This document shows, in pieces, positions 24,731-37,115 of a stretch of 64,000 nucleotides of DNA (positions are counted from its first letter, which is position 1; each line of letters begins with the position of its first letter). The stretch spans positions 2,418,001 through 2,482,000 of the forward strand of contig CM026547.1 of the NCBI GenBank assembly GCA_014905635.1, given 5' to 3'. Source of the stretch: Scenedesmus sp. PABB004 (Eukaryota). The position numbers and the translations under genes are program-made. The notes under the pieces are model-generated. The model was not told where the DNA came from. It searched no databases and saw nothing but the letters and a program-made list of their open reading frames with translations.

Positions 24731-26549
24731 TCAGGCGGGCACTGCGGGGGCGCCGGCGCTGCGCGGGCACCGCCGCCGCGCCGCGCTGCGCGCGCGCTGC
24801 GGCGCTTGCCGGGTTCCAGCGCCAGTTGCGGTTCGTCCAGCAGCTGCCGTCCTCGCAGCCGTAGTAGCTCTGCTGCACGAGGCGCCCGCTGTCCCAGGTG
24901 TTGATGAGGTTCCGCCCAGCCCACGGCGCGGGCATGGCGGGCGAGCTGAGGTGCGTGATCGCGCCGCCGCGCGCGGGGTCGATGCCGACGCGCAGCCGCG
25001 CGTTGGTCAGGTAGGTCAGGCCGTCGATCGGCACCGGCGCGGGCGCGGGCGCCGCGGGCGCCGGCGACGGCGACGGCGGGCCGCCGCCGGGCGCGGGGCT
25101 GCTGGGGCCGCCGGCGGCGCCGCCGGGCGCGGCGGTGCCGTTGGCGGGGGCCATGAGCGCAGCCATGAGCGCGGTGAAGAGCTGCGCCTCGAGCGCCTTG
25201 GACATGCGCGGCGACGGCGCGAGCGGCACGACGCGCTGCGGGACGGGGTCGTCGTCGGGCGCCTGGGTCGCGATGTGCATCGCCTCGCGCCGCACGCCCA
25301 TCGTCGCGAGCAGCAGGTCGCTCGGCGACAGCGCGGGGCTCGTCGGCGCCGCGGCGGCGGGCGGCGGCGCGCCGGGCGCCGCGGGCGCCGCGGGCGCCGC
25401 GGGCGCGGCGGGCGCCGCGGGCGCAAAGCCCGGCGGCAGCGGCGGCTTGGCGGCGGCGATCACGGGCGTCAGCGGCTTGCCCTGCACCGAGCTGCGGCGG
25501 CGGCGGCGGTGGCAGCGGCGGCGGCGGAGGCGTGAGCCCGCGGGGCCGCGTGCCCGCTGAATGCGCTGCGCGCATGCCGCTGCGCGGGCGCCGCGCGTCC
25601 GCGCCGCGCCTCACCAGGTCGGCCGCACTGCCGCGCACATCGTGGCCGCGCCGTCCACCGCCGCCAGGTTGACCAGCAGGCCGGCCGCGAGCGCCGCGGC
25701 GCCCGCCACACGCGAGCGCCGCGGCCGGCGCCGCGCTGCTCCGGCGGGGGCCTGCGAGGCGCGGCGCGGCGCCGCCGCGCGTGGGCGGCGGCGGCCGCGC
25801 TGCGGCGGGCTGCGCGCCGGCCGGTGCGGCGGCGCGGCGGCCGCGGGTTCTCCCCGGGGCGGGCCAGGGAGCCGGCGGCGGCGGCGCACCTGCACCAGGA
25901 AGATCGCCAACAGCAGCGGCACGGCCGCCAGCGTCATGCTCTGCAGCCGCAGGCCGCCGTCGTCCGGCGCGTCGCCGGGGTGCAGCGCGCGCTGCGCCTG
26001 CGCCAGCGCCGCCGGCAGGGCCGCGCCAAAGGCCTGGCCGAGCGCCGCGCCCGGGCTCGGCGCCAGCGACGGCGGCGCCAGCGGCGCGGCGCCGGCGCCG
26101 CCGCCCGCGGCCAGCGCCGGCTGGGCGAGCTGCCCGGCGCCAGGGGCGCCCCCGGGCGCAGCCGCGGGCGGCGGCATCGCGCACAGGCACGCCCAGGCCA
26201 GCGCCAGGCTGAGCAGCAGCAGCGGCAGCGTGCGCAGCCGGCTGCCGAGCGAGGGCACCTGCGCCGGGCGCGCGGCGCGCGGTCGGCGCCGGCCGCGCGT
26301 CGCGCGTCGCGCGTCGCGCGTCGCGCGTCTGCTGCCCGCTCGCCCTTCCCACCGCCAGGGGCCCACCTGAAAGAGGCACAGCGTGATGAGCGCGGGCACC
26401 GCGCCGCGCGCGAGCGCCGGCAGCGGCGCGCCGCCGCAGCGTGCCAGCGCCGCCAGCACGTCGTCTGCGGGCGCGCCAGCCTCGGGCGCTGAGGCCTGGG
26501 CCCAGCCGGCCGCGTCCAGCGGCCCGCCGGCCGCCGTGGCGGCGGCCAT
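23342..26549 (-). CDS. Multi-TM N-terminus, Pro/Ala linker and a conserved beta-rich domain of unknown function
   Basis: Exons join in frame (RPT-C-SVQGKP). Domain reads YLTNARLRVGIDPARGGAI, NLINTWDSGRLVQQSYYG, WRWNPVQGGSW, HQEVPAVFVD, EGWAAYVD, SYMAP. Confidence 0.75.
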
Positions 26550-27324
26550 GCGCGTCTGCAGCCCGGCATGCACGAGGCGCCAGGGGGCGGCAGCGCGGCG
26601 TCGCGGAGCGCGGGCGGGCGTCGAGGGCGGTCAGCGGCTTAAGCGGGGCCGCGTGCGACTCCGCACACGGCGCGTCGGCGCGGCAGCGCTCGGTGCGGCC
26701 GGTGGGCGCAGTGCCAGGCAGCTTGGCGCGCGCGCGCGGCGTGGCCCAGCGCGAGCCGCTCAGAGCTCGTCACGCACCTCGCCGGCGCGCGGGCGAGCGC
26801 TGTGGGCTTGCGGCTTGGAGGGGCCGAGGTCAGGTGGGTGCGGCAGCTGCGCACGGCCTTGCCTGGTCGCTCCGCTGGAGGTGACGTGAACGGCAAGGAA
26901 CACTGGTGCACGGGGGAGACTGGCGGTGCAACAAGTGCCTGCGCCGCCGGCAGCGTCGCGCCCCTCCACCTGCCTGCCCTGGACTTCAAGCTCCCAGCGC
27001 CGCTCCGCTGTGCAGCGGACCACCACCAGCGCCGCCCCCACCCGGCGCCCGCCCGCCGACGACGCCGACCGCCGCCGCTGCCGCGGCGCCGCTGCCGACG
27101 CTGCTGCCGGCGCGGGCGCGGGCCCGCACGCCGCGCCGGGCGCCCCCCCGCGGCGCCCGGCTGTCGTGCCGGCCGCGGGCGGAGCCGCGGACCGCGCGCC
27201 GCGGCCCCGCGCGCGTGCGCGCGCCGCATTCGCCGGCAGCAGCGGCGCGCGCGCGCGGCGCACGCCACCGCCCCCTGCGCGCCCGGCACGCCGGCAGCCG
27301 ACCATCAGCCGGGCAGCGGAGACG

Positions 27325-27934
27325 ATGATGATGCTGCAGCGCCAGCAGCAGCAGCGGCTGGCGCGCCGCGGCGGCGCCGCCGCGCCGCCGGCGGCCGGGC
27401 GCGCGACGCTGCACTGCACCGCGGCGGGGAACAAGACGACGGGCGGGCGCAAGACGACCAGCGGCCGCAAGACCACCAGCGGCCGCGCGGTGAGCTCGCC
27501 GGGCACGACGACGAGCGGGCGGCAGCCGGAGCGGCAGCGCGCGCCCCAGCCGCCGCCGCCGCCGCCGGCGCGGCCGGGCAAGCCGCTGTCGGCGCGGCTG
27601 GGCGACCTGCTCAACCTGCTCACGCCCCAGCAGGAGGTGCGCGCGGCGCGGCGGCGCGGCCGCCGGCGCGCGGGGCGGCTGCCGGGCGCGGCCGGTGCGC
27701 GCGCGTCAGCGCGGTGAGGCGGCGCGGCCGCCGGCGCGCGGGGCGGCCGCCGGGCGCGGCCGACGCGCGCGCGCTCGCGCGCCGCCGCCGCCGCAGGGCG
27801 ACCTGGGCGACGTGGTGATGCTGTCGCTGAGCATGTGCGTGTTTGTGCTGCTGGGCATGCAGCTCTACCGCGTGTGGTACTTCTCCAGCATGCAGCTCAG
27901 CGGCCTCCAGACGATGCTCGACATGAGCAGCTAG
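27325..27934 (+). CDS. Small single-TM protein, probably plastid-targeted
   Basis: Arg/Ala/Thr-rich N-terminus, one intron from 27637, TM segment [19 protein letters not shown]. Confidence 0.65.
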
Positions 27935-28128
27935 GGCGGTGCGGGCGGCGAGGCAAACACGCGCGGCGAGCGGCGCGTGGCAGCGCCAGGTGCGGCGTTT
28001 TGGGGCGAGGCCGCCGGCGGGCGAGGTGCGCAGCCGAGCCGTAACTGCGGGCTGCTGCCGTGCGCGCGCCCGCTCGCTCGCGCGCATCGCATCGCATCGC
28101 GCGGCCGGGGGGAAGTGGCCGTTGATCG

Positions 28129-28133
28129 TTACA
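28129..28133 (-). promoter_or_regulatory. TGTAA polyadenylation signal of RPLP1
   Basis: Canonical chlorophyte poly(A) signal about 70 nt after the stop codon. Confidence 0.6.
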
Positions 28134-28203
28134 GGGACGCAACGCCAACAGCGCATCACACGGGCGCCGCCCGCCGGGCGGCCGCCGCGCGGCAGCCAGG
28201 AGC

Positions 28204-29094
28204 TTAGTCGAACAGGGAGAAGCCCATGTCCTGCGGGGCGGGGCAGCGCAGGGCGGCGGCGGCCGCGGCGCGTAAGCAGCAGCGCGGCGGGCGGCGGCCG
28301 CGCGCGCGCCGGTGCTGTTGCTGTCGCTGCCGCCGCCGCTGCCGCTGCCGCCACCGCAGCTGCCGCCGCCGCAGCTGCCGCCGCCGAGGCTGCGCCTGCT
28401 GCCGCTCTCGCCGCCGCTGCGCCAGAAGCTGCTGCAGCTTTGCCACCGCCTGCCAGCGCGGCCGCAGCCGCGGCCGCAGCGCCGCGCCGCACCTCGTCCT
28501 CCTCGGACGGCTCCTCCTTCTTGGCCTCCGCGGGCGCGGCGCCGCCACCAGCGCCGCCAGCAGCGGGCGCGGCGGCAGCAGCGGGCGCGCCGCCGCCTGC
28601 GGGCGCAGCAGCGGGCGCGGCGGGCGCGTGAGCGGCGCCGGCGGCGGCGCGCGCGCCTGCGCCTCGCTGGCTGCCGGCGCCCGCACGCCGGCGGTGGCGG
28701 CTGCCGGCGCCACGCACGCCGGGGGCGCCGCTGCGGGCATCATGCGCCGCGGCCGGGCCCGCGCGCCGGCAGCAGCCGCCGCGCGGCCGGCAGCGCCGCG
28801 CGGCGCGGCGCGGGCGCGCACCGGCGCCGACGTTGCAGATCAGGTCCTCCACGCTCTTCTTGGCGAAGAGCTTGGCGAACAGGGCGGGCCAGTAGGGCTC
28901 CACGGTGATGCCGGCCGCCTTCACGATGGTGTTGATGTTGTCGCCCTGCGCGCCGCCCGCGCCCGGCTGAGCCCGCCGCGCCGCGCCGCGGCGCCGCGGG
29001 GCCCCCGGCTGCCGCCGTGGCGCACCGTGATCTCCAGCCCGTCATCGTGCAGGATGAGCGAGGCGTAGACGCAGGCCAGCTCGGAGGTCGACAT
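28204..29094 (-). CDS. RPLP1: 60S acidic ribosomal protein P1
   Basis: [36 protein letters not shown], Ala-rich hinge, [12 protein letters not shown]. Four exons. Confidence 0.98.
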
Positions 29095-29204
29095 CCTGAA
29101 AGATGTTTAAGCCTGGGGAGGCACTAACAGGATGTTGACGACCGGGAGGAGGCCGAGCGCGGCCCGGGGCGGGCCCTTGAGGCGGGTGGACGCAGCCGCC
29201 GCGG

Positions 29205-29212
29205 TGGGCCCA
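29205..29212. promoter_or_regulatory. Site II-like TGGGCCCA palindrome in the divergent RPLP1/PRC-barrel promoter
   Basis: TGGGCY motif, typical of plant ribosomal-protein promoters, next to ATTAAA about 110 nt upstream of the ATG. Short motif, could be chance. Confidence 0.3.
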
Positions 29213-29465
29213 TTAAACCTCGCCGCTCGCTAGCTCAACACCCGCGCTCCTTGTGCCTTCGCGCGACGCTCCCCAGCACCACGCAGCGACGCACGCGCCG
29301 CCGCCCGCGCGCCAGGCCGGCACCCCCACGCGACCGGCGCCCGCCCGGCGCGATCGGCGCGCGAGTAACGCGCCCCCAGCGGCACACGCCCGGCCCGAGA
29401 TCGGTGTGCGTCCGCGCGACGGCGCGCGAGGCGGTGCAGCAGCAGCAGGCGCAGAAGTGAGCAGC

Positions 29466-31464
29466 ATGCACGCCACCGCCCGCGCCACGGCCCGGAGCGG
29501 CCCCGCGGCCGGCGCCCGGGGGACCCGCCGCGCCGGGGCCACGCCACCGCGCCGGGCGGCAGCCGCGGCGTCGCGCCCGGCGGCGGCGGCGCGCGGCGGC
29601 GCGCGCCGCTGCTGCGCCCGTCGGCGGCGCAGGCGGGCGGCGGCTGGGCGCCGCAGCAGCCGCCGGCGCAGCCGCTGGCGCAGCCGCTGGCGCAGCAGCA
29701 GCCCCTGGCGCAGCCGCAGCTGCAGCTGGCGCCGGGGCGGGCGGCCGCGCCGCTCGCGCCGCGCGGCGGCGCCGGCGCCGCGGGCGCCTACCCCGGCGCT
29801 GGCGCGCCCGTGTACCTGGAGCTGAGCCAGGTGCTGAACAAGCAGGTCGTCACGCGCACGAGCGGGCGCTGCCTGGGCACCATCAGCGGCGCGTGGCTCG
29901 ACCCCGCGCGCGGCAGCGTGGTGTCGTTCGACCTCGACGACCGCCGCGCCGGCGGCGCCGGCGCGGGGCTGGGCCTCGCCACGCCCGCGCGCGCCGGCAA
30001 CATCCCGCTCTCCGCGCTGCGCCAGGTGCGCGCGCGCTCGCGCGCGCGCCTTCGCGCCGCCGCGCGCCGCCGCGCTCACGTGCGTCCGCGCCTGCGCCGC
30101 CGCCCGGCCCCTTGCCTCTCCTCCGCCTCTCCTCCGCCAGATCGGCGACGTGGTCCTCGTGCACGACGAGGGCGGGCTGTACGAGCAGGACCTGGACGGC
30201 CGGCTCGGGTTTGTCAACCCGCTCGGCCTCGACGTGCGCACGCGCGCGGGCGACTTCCTCGGCAAGGTGCGCCCCGCGCGCCCGCGCGCCGCGCGCTGCG
30301 CCCCGCACGCCCTGCACGCCCTGCACGCCGCGCGCGGTCGCGCGCCGCGCTCTCGCGCCCACGCGCCCCCGCCGCCGCGCAGGTGCGCGACCTGTCGTTC
30401 AGCCCCGACAGCGGCGGCGTGTCGCGGCTCGCGTACGACGAGTTTGGGCTGCCCTTCCTCCCGCTCTCCTTCTTCGACTGCTACAGCGTGGCCCTGGGCG
30501 ACGTGCTGTCCATCGGGCGGGGCGAGGTCATCGTGTACGACGACGCCAAGTACCGCGAGCGCAAGGAGTCGGCCGGGCTCTTCGCCGCGATCCCCTCGCT
30601 GCTCAAGTCGCTTAACACGCCGCGCGGCGGCAGCCCGCAGCTCGCGCTGCCCGCGCCCGGCGGCGCGTCGACGGGCGACGTGTACCGCCTCGGCGCCGGC
30701 GGCGGCGGCGCGCCGGGGCGCTTCCTGCCCGCCGACTACAGCTACGAGCAGTGGCAGGCCGACCTGCGGCGCTGGGAGGCGGAGACGGGCATGACGTACG
30801 AGCAGTACCTGCGGTGCGGCGTGCGGCGCGCGCCGGGCGGCGGGGGGCAGCGCGCGCGGGAGCGAGGGCCAGCGCGCGCGGGGGCACGGCGCGGTGCCGC
30901 CCGCCCCGCTCTTGACGCGCCCGCGCGCCGCGCCGCGCCGCCGCCCCGGCGCAGGGGCCAGCCGCAGCAGCAGGCCGCGCCGCGCGGCGCGCTGCCGCCG
31001 GCGCGCGGCGCGACGCCGCAGCCGCCCTACCAGCAGCAGCCCGGCGGCTACGCGCCCGGCGCGGGCTATGGCGCGGCGTACGGCGCGGCGCCGCAGGCGG
31101 CACAGCAGCCCAGCTACGGCATGGCGCCGCCGCTGCAGCAGCAGCAGTACCCGGGCGCCGTGCAGCAGCCGCAGCAGCAGCAGCAGCCGCAGCAGTACCC
31201 GCAGCAGCAGCAGCGCTACGACGCGCGCGCCGCGGCGCGGCCAGCGGCGCAGTTCGGCGCCGCGCCCGCGCCTGCACAGCTGCAGCAGCAGCCGGCGGGC
31301 GGCTCCACGTGGGGCGCGCCCGGCGCGGCGGCGGCGGCGGCGGCAGGCGCATACGGTGCCCCGCCCCGCGGCTTTGCTTCCGCGCCGCCAGCGGGCGCGG
31401 CGGCTGCTGCGCAGCAGCCCGCTGCGCAGGCGCGCCTGCCCCCGCAGCAGGCGCGCCCCATGCC

Positions 31465-31505
<41 letters not shown>

Positions 31506-31777
31506 CGCCGGCCGGCGCCGCGCCCGGCCGCGCGGCCGCCGCGCCCTCGGCGCAGCAGCCCGCCGCCGCGGCGGCGGGCCAGGCTGGCCGACCCGTGGAC
31601 GACTGGATGGTGCGCGAGAGCCGCCCGCGCATGGCAGACGCGCTGGCGGACGGCGTGCTGCCGCTGGGCGAGGGCAGCGGTGGCGAGCCGGGTGCGGGCG
31701 ACGCCGGCGGCAGCGGCGGCGCGTCCCCCGAGCCGCGCGGTGACGCGGCGCGCCTGCCGCAGCAGGAGGCGGTGTGA
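29466..31777 (+). CDS. Tandem PRC-barrel domain protein with Gln/Pro-rich tail (start uncertain)
   Basis: LSQVLNKQVVTRTSGRCLG, LRQIGDVVLV, LGLDVRTRAGDFLGKVRDLSF, YDEFGLPFLP resemble cyanobacterial/plastid PRC-barrel proteins. (CAG)n poly-Q near 31466-31504. Confidence 0.85.
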
Positions 31778-31983
31778 GGTCGGGGAGTTGAGCGGCGTGT
31801 TGGGCGGTGCGAGGCCTCTGTCGTCATGTTGGAGTGCTCAGCCCTGGCGGCGGCTGCGCCCCGGCGGCGCACGACGCGACCCCGCGGCAGCTGCAGTAAC
31901 AGACCGGTCCCTCTGGCTTTCGCTCTCCACACGCGCCGCGCCGCGGCGTGCTGCGCAGCCCCGGCAGCGGCCGCCGCGGCGGC

Positions 31984-32142
31984 ATGCCGACGCTCTGCCG
32001 AATGCCCAAGGCCGCGCCAGCGCCGGCCCGCAGCGCATGGAGCTGCGAGCGATGTAGTGTCGTTAACGGGGCGGCGGCTGGGGCGCTGCGGCGGCAGCAG
32101 CGGCGGCGGCCAGCGCTGGCAGCAGCGGCGGCGGGCGGCAGA

Positions 32143-32182
<40 letters not shown>

Positions 32183-33216
32183 CCAGCAGAACCAGCAGCA
32201 GAACCAGCAGCAGCAGAGACGGCAGACGCAGCAGCACAAGGAGCAGCAGCGGCAGAGACGGCACGCAGCAGGCGTGCGAACTGCCGGCGGGGCTCACGTC
32301 GCGTGAGCAGCTGCCGCGGCACGTCGCGGTGAGCCGCCGGCGCGCGCCGCGCGCCGCGGGACGGTTGAGAGGGGAGGGAGGCACGCCCCCGCCGGCGCGC
32401 AGCCGGTGCGCCGCAGGCCGCCCGTGGCCCACCGCCGCCCGCCGCCGCGCCGCCGCGCCGCCGCCTGCCACCTCTCGCCCGCCGCCGCCGCCGCTGCCGG
32501 GGCGCGTGCAGCTCATCATGGACGGCAACTCGCGCTGGGCGGCGGCGCGGGGGCTGCCCGCGTTTGTCGGCCACGAGCGCGGCGTGGCGGCGCTGCGCCA
32601 GGCCGTGCTCGCGGCGCGGGCGTGGGGCATCCCCGCGCTCACCGTGTTTGCGCTCTCGCTGGAGAACCTGCAGCGCGAGCCGGGCGAGGTGGAGTTCCTA
32701 CTGCGCCTCTTCCGCTCCAGCCTGGCGGCGCAGCTGCCGGAGCTGCAGGCGACGGGCGTCGCGCTGGCGTTTGCCGGCGAGCTGCACCGGCTGCCGCCGG
32801 AGCTGCAGGCGCAGGCGGCCGCGTGCGTGGACGCCACGGCGGGCAACGACGGGTTGCTGCTGACCGTCGCGCTCGGCTACGGCGCGCAGCAGGACGTCGC
32901 GGCCGCGGCGCGCGCGCTCGCGGCGCAGGTGGCGCGCGGCGCGCTGGCGGTCGACGCGATCACGCCCGACCTGTTGGCGCGCCACCTCGGCTCCGCGGCC
33001 GCCACGGCGCGCGCGGGGCCGCCCGACCTGCTCATCCGCACGAGCGGCGAGCGGCGGCTGTCCAACTTCATGCTGCTGGAGTGCGCCTACACCGAGCTGG
33101 TCTTCGTCGACGACATCCACTGGCCCGACTTTGACCGCGCCGCGTTTGAGGCCGCACTGCTCGAGTACGCGCGGCGCCAGCGGCGCTACGGCCGGCGGCG
33201 AGCGGCGCCGGCGTGA
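31984..33216 (+). CDS. cis-prenyltransferase (UPPS/DHDDS family) with a Ser-rich transit-like N-terminus
   Basis: LPRHVA-LIMDGNSRWA, GH..G, TVFALSLENLQR, PDLLIRTSGERRLSNFMLLECAYTEL, WPDF, RQRRYG. Confidence 0.95.
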
Positions 33217-33353
33217 GCGCCCCGCGCAACGGTCCGGTTACGCCGGCGCGCGGGCCCCTCGCGAATCCCTCGCGCCAGTCGGCCGCCGCCGCCCGCCGGC
33301 GTGCCGCCCCGCCGCCCGCCCGCATCCTGCAGCCCCGCCGCTCGCTCGCGCGC

Positions 33354-36300
33354 TCAGGGCTCGGGCGCGTTGGCGTCGCCGAAGCGCAGCAGGTGCTTGA
33401 GCAGCTTGTGCTCGGGCGTGCGCTGCCGCGTGTAGCACTCGGTGTTGTCCATCTCGGCCTTGAGCTCCGCCGGCAGGTTGCGCGTGAGGCGGCGCAGCTG
33501 GCGGATGCTCTTGGGCCCGATCTCCGCGCCGCCGTCGCGCCAGTACCAGACCGCCGTAAACTCGTCAAAGATGGCGGCGTCGTCGGGCGTGAGCGCGGCG
33601 GGCGCGCCGCGCCCGCCGCCGCCGCGCGGCGCGCCGTTGGCCGGCGGCGCCGGCAGCGGCGCGCGCTCGCCGCCGGGCGCGGCCGCCTGCTGCTCCGTGC
33701 CCGCTTGCGCGCCGTCCCTGCCGCGCTCGCGGTCGCGCTCGCGGTCGCGCTCGCGCGCGGCCGGCCCGCTGCTGCTGCCGCCGCCGCCCTGCTTGGCGGC
33801 CTCCGCCGCGCGCGCGCGCTCCTGCTCGCGCGCGCGGTCGCGCTCCTCCGCCGTCATCACGTAGCGCGCGGGCGGCGGCGCCGCGGCGCCGCTGCTGCCG
33901 CGGGGCTTTTTGTTGGCGCGCGCCTCTGCGTCGTCGCCGCCCTCCGGGGCCCCCGGCACGGCCACGCTGCTGCGCATGCGCGGCCGGCCGGGCGGCTCGC
34001 CCCGGCCGCCCGTGACCATCACATACTCCCCGCCCGGCACGCCGCCGGGCGCAGGCGTGGCCGCGGCCGCAGGCGTGGCCGCGGCCGCAGGCGTGGGCGC
34101 CGGCGCGGGCGCCGCCGCCGCGGCGCCGCCCGCGCTGCCGCTCGCGGCGCGCGGCGGCGAGCGCGACGAGTCGCTGCCGCCGCCCAGCGGCTCGGCGTTG
34201 CTGCCGCTGGCCACCGCGTCGCTGCCGCCGCCCTGCGCGAGCAGGCGCTTGCGGCGGTCGCGGTCCTTCTTGCGCGGGGTCTTGCGCCGCGCCCGCTCGC
34301 CCGTGTCGGGCGGCGGCGGCGGCAGCCCGCGCGGGCCGCTGCCCATGCGCTCGGGCGGGCCTGGCAGCGGCGGGAAGCGCCCCGGCGGCGACCGCCCCCG
34401 CATGCCCGGCGGCGGCGAGCGGCCGCGCATGGGCCCCATGGGCCCAAAGGGCGGCGGCGGGCCGAAGCCATCGCGCGGCGGGCCAAACGGCGGCCCGGGC
34501 AGGCCGCGCATGGGGTCCCTGCGGCGCGGACGGCGCGGGCGCTGAGCTGCCGCCCAGGAAGGGACGGGAGGCGCGGCGCAGGCGCGCCGCGTGCAGCAGC
34601 CAGTCGGCACGCGCAGGGGGTCACTCACATCATGTGCGGCGGCGGGCCGGGCAAGCCCCTGTCGCGCTCCCAGCCCAGCGGCGGCGGCGGGCCGCCAAAC
34701 GGCGGCCCGCGGTCCCAGCCGGGCGGCGGCGGCCCGCCGGGGCCCATCATGCGCGGGTCAAAGCCGGGCGGCGGCCCGCGCATGTGCGGCGGCGGGCCGC
34801 CCATGCCGGGCGAGCGCGAGCGCCGCCGCAGCCCGCCACGCATGCCCGGCGAGCGCGAGCGGTTGCGCCGCGGGCGGGGCTTGCCGGTGCGCTTCTTCTT
34901 CTTCGCCCGCACGCGCTTCTCGCCAGCCGGCGCGGGGCTGCGCCGGCCGCTGCCGGCGGCGGCCTTGCCCGCGCTGCCGCCGCGCGACGCGCTGCTGCTG
35001 CGCGCCCGGCCGCCGTCCACGGGCGACCGGCTGCGGCTGCGGCTCCGCTCGCGCGCCGGGCTCCGGCTCCGCGAGCGCGGCGGCGACGAGCGCCGCGAGT
35101 AGGAGCGGCTGCGGCGCGGCGGCCGGCGGCACGGGTCGGCCGCCGCTCGCCGCCGCGCCGCCACGGCGCCGCCTGGGCGCGCCCGCCGGCTGCGCACCTC
35201 GTCACGCTCCCGCTCCGCCGGCCCCTGCCGCCCTCCAGCTCCTCGCTGCCAGTCCTGTCGAGCGCAGCGGCGCGGCGCGCCGTGCCTGAGTGCCGCGCTG
35301 CCGGCACGCTGCGTCGCTGTGCCCGCCCGGTGGGCACAGCCGCTGCGCCGCCGTAGCAGCGCGGCCGCCAGCCCAGCCAGGCAGCCCTGCGTGGAGGTCG
35401 GCTGCCCGGCCCACACCTTGCCCCGCCGGCAGCGGAATGCGGGGTGCAAGCAGTGCAGCTGCCGCGGCGCCCCTCGCGTTTTGCTGGCGTACGCGCTGCG
35501 CCGACTCTGCCCGCTGCCGTGGTGTGCGTTGCGGGCCGCCGCGCGGCGGCCCGCCAGCTCCAGCAACGCGCGCAGCGCGCCACCGGGCTGCTGGGCCGCC
35601 GGTCGCCCAGCCGCCGCGCAGCCCGGCATGCGGTGCTGCGCGCTCGCGCGCCAGCTGCTGGCGAGCCACGGCCAGCCGCGCTGGCGGCCGCGTCATGGCG
35701 CGCGCCGCCAGGCGGCGCGCGCCAGCGCTGCAGCACGGCCATGGGTGCGGGCCGCGGCAGCGCCAGGCGCGAGCGCGGCCGCGTTGCTGATCGTGGCACG
35801 CGAGCGATCGCATCGCAGTGCCACTGGCACGCCGCTCCAGCCTCCCTGGGTGCCGCAGCGCCGCCCGCCGAGCGGCCGCCAGCCCCCGCCGCCGCGACGC
35901 CGCGGCCGGTGCAGGGCGCCGCGCGCTGCAGGCGGCATCGCGCTGGGGCGCGGGCTGTCCCGCGTGCACGCGCCAAAACAGCGTGCAGGTGGACGTTGCG
36001 GGCGCCCGTCGCGCCGGCGCCCGCCGAGAGCTGCGCTGCGTGACCTAGGATCGGCGCTCACGGCGGCCGCCGAGCACACGCCAGCCGTCCCGCCGCCGCG
36101 TCCCGTGCGCCGGGGGCGGCCGCCACGGCGACGGCGGGCCGGCGCGGCGGCCGCCGGCGCCGCTGCCTCGCCGCCGGCGCCGCCTGCCGGCGGCCGCGCG
36201 CCGGCGCGGCTGGCGGGCCTGTGGCGCACCTCTGCCTGCTCCTGCCATTGTCGACGTCCTCGTGGTCCAGCTTCAGGCGCTCCTCGCCGTCGGATGCTGC

Positions 36301-36421
36301 AGGCCGCAGCGGCGCGAGCGCGCCGCGGGCGGTCGTCAGGCGGCGCGGGCGCGACGATCAGGGCGCGGGCGCCACGGATCACGCCCCGCCGCGCCTCACC
36401 CTCGCCGCTGTAGGCCGGCAT
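33354..36421 (-). CDS. RS-rich and Pro/Gly/Met-rich protein with a C-terminal GYF-like domain
   Basis: Exons MPAYSGE / ASDGEERLKLDHED / 57-nt exon 35198-35254 / RSRSRSP repeats and KKKKR / PPPFGPMGPMRGRSPP ... VWYWRDGGAEIGPKSIRQL. Splice phases are consistent; the 5' exons are less certain. Confidence 0.7.
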
Positions 36422-37115
36422 GGCGCCTCAGGCGCGCGGCGCCGCTCCGCTGCGCGCCTGCGACGCCTGCTCGCCCGCGCGCCTCTGCAGAAGCGCGGCG
36501 CGCTTCAGGCAGGCGCTGGGGCGCGCAGCGGCGGCGCGCACGCGCGCGAGCGAGCGGCGCTGGGCCGGGCGCGCGCGGCCCCGTCTCGCGGCGACGCCGT
36601 CCGCGCCGCACCTGGCTCCCCCGCACTGGGCCTCCACCACCCAGCGCAGCGAGGCCGCCGCGGGGTGGCGCAGCAGCCGCGCCGCCTCCCGCCGGCGGGC
36701 GGCGCGCTGCTGCTGTCTCTGCTCCCCTCCTTCTCGCTCGCTGGCTCCTGCGCCTCTGGCACCGTGACTGAACTGCAAGCGTGCGGCGACAGGCGCGCTT
36801 CCCAAGCGCGCGCGCGCTGGGCCGCGGCGCTGGGCCCTGAACGGCCGGGGCGCCCGTCGCGTGCGCCGCCTTACCGGCGGCTGAGACCGCCACCCCAAAA
36901 ACTCAACTCCGGCCGACACCGACACCGACACCGACGCCACACCGGCCATGCTGTGCGCCCGATGGCCCGCGCACGCCGGGGCTCCCACGCACAAAGAAAA
37001 CCGCGGCACGCGCCGGGAACGCGAAACAATCCCCCGTCCCCCCAGGAGGAGCTGCACATAACTGTACACAGCGCAGCGCGGCGCGGCTCGCCGCTCAGGC
37101 GGCGGGAGGAGACCT

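Noticed and set aside
27637..27796. Duplicated ~45-nt block and a possible 4-nt microexon (cag|cgcg|gtgag) in an intron
   Set aside because: Inclusion would shift the frame, and direct splicing already gives a clean ORF. Probably a neutral local duplication.
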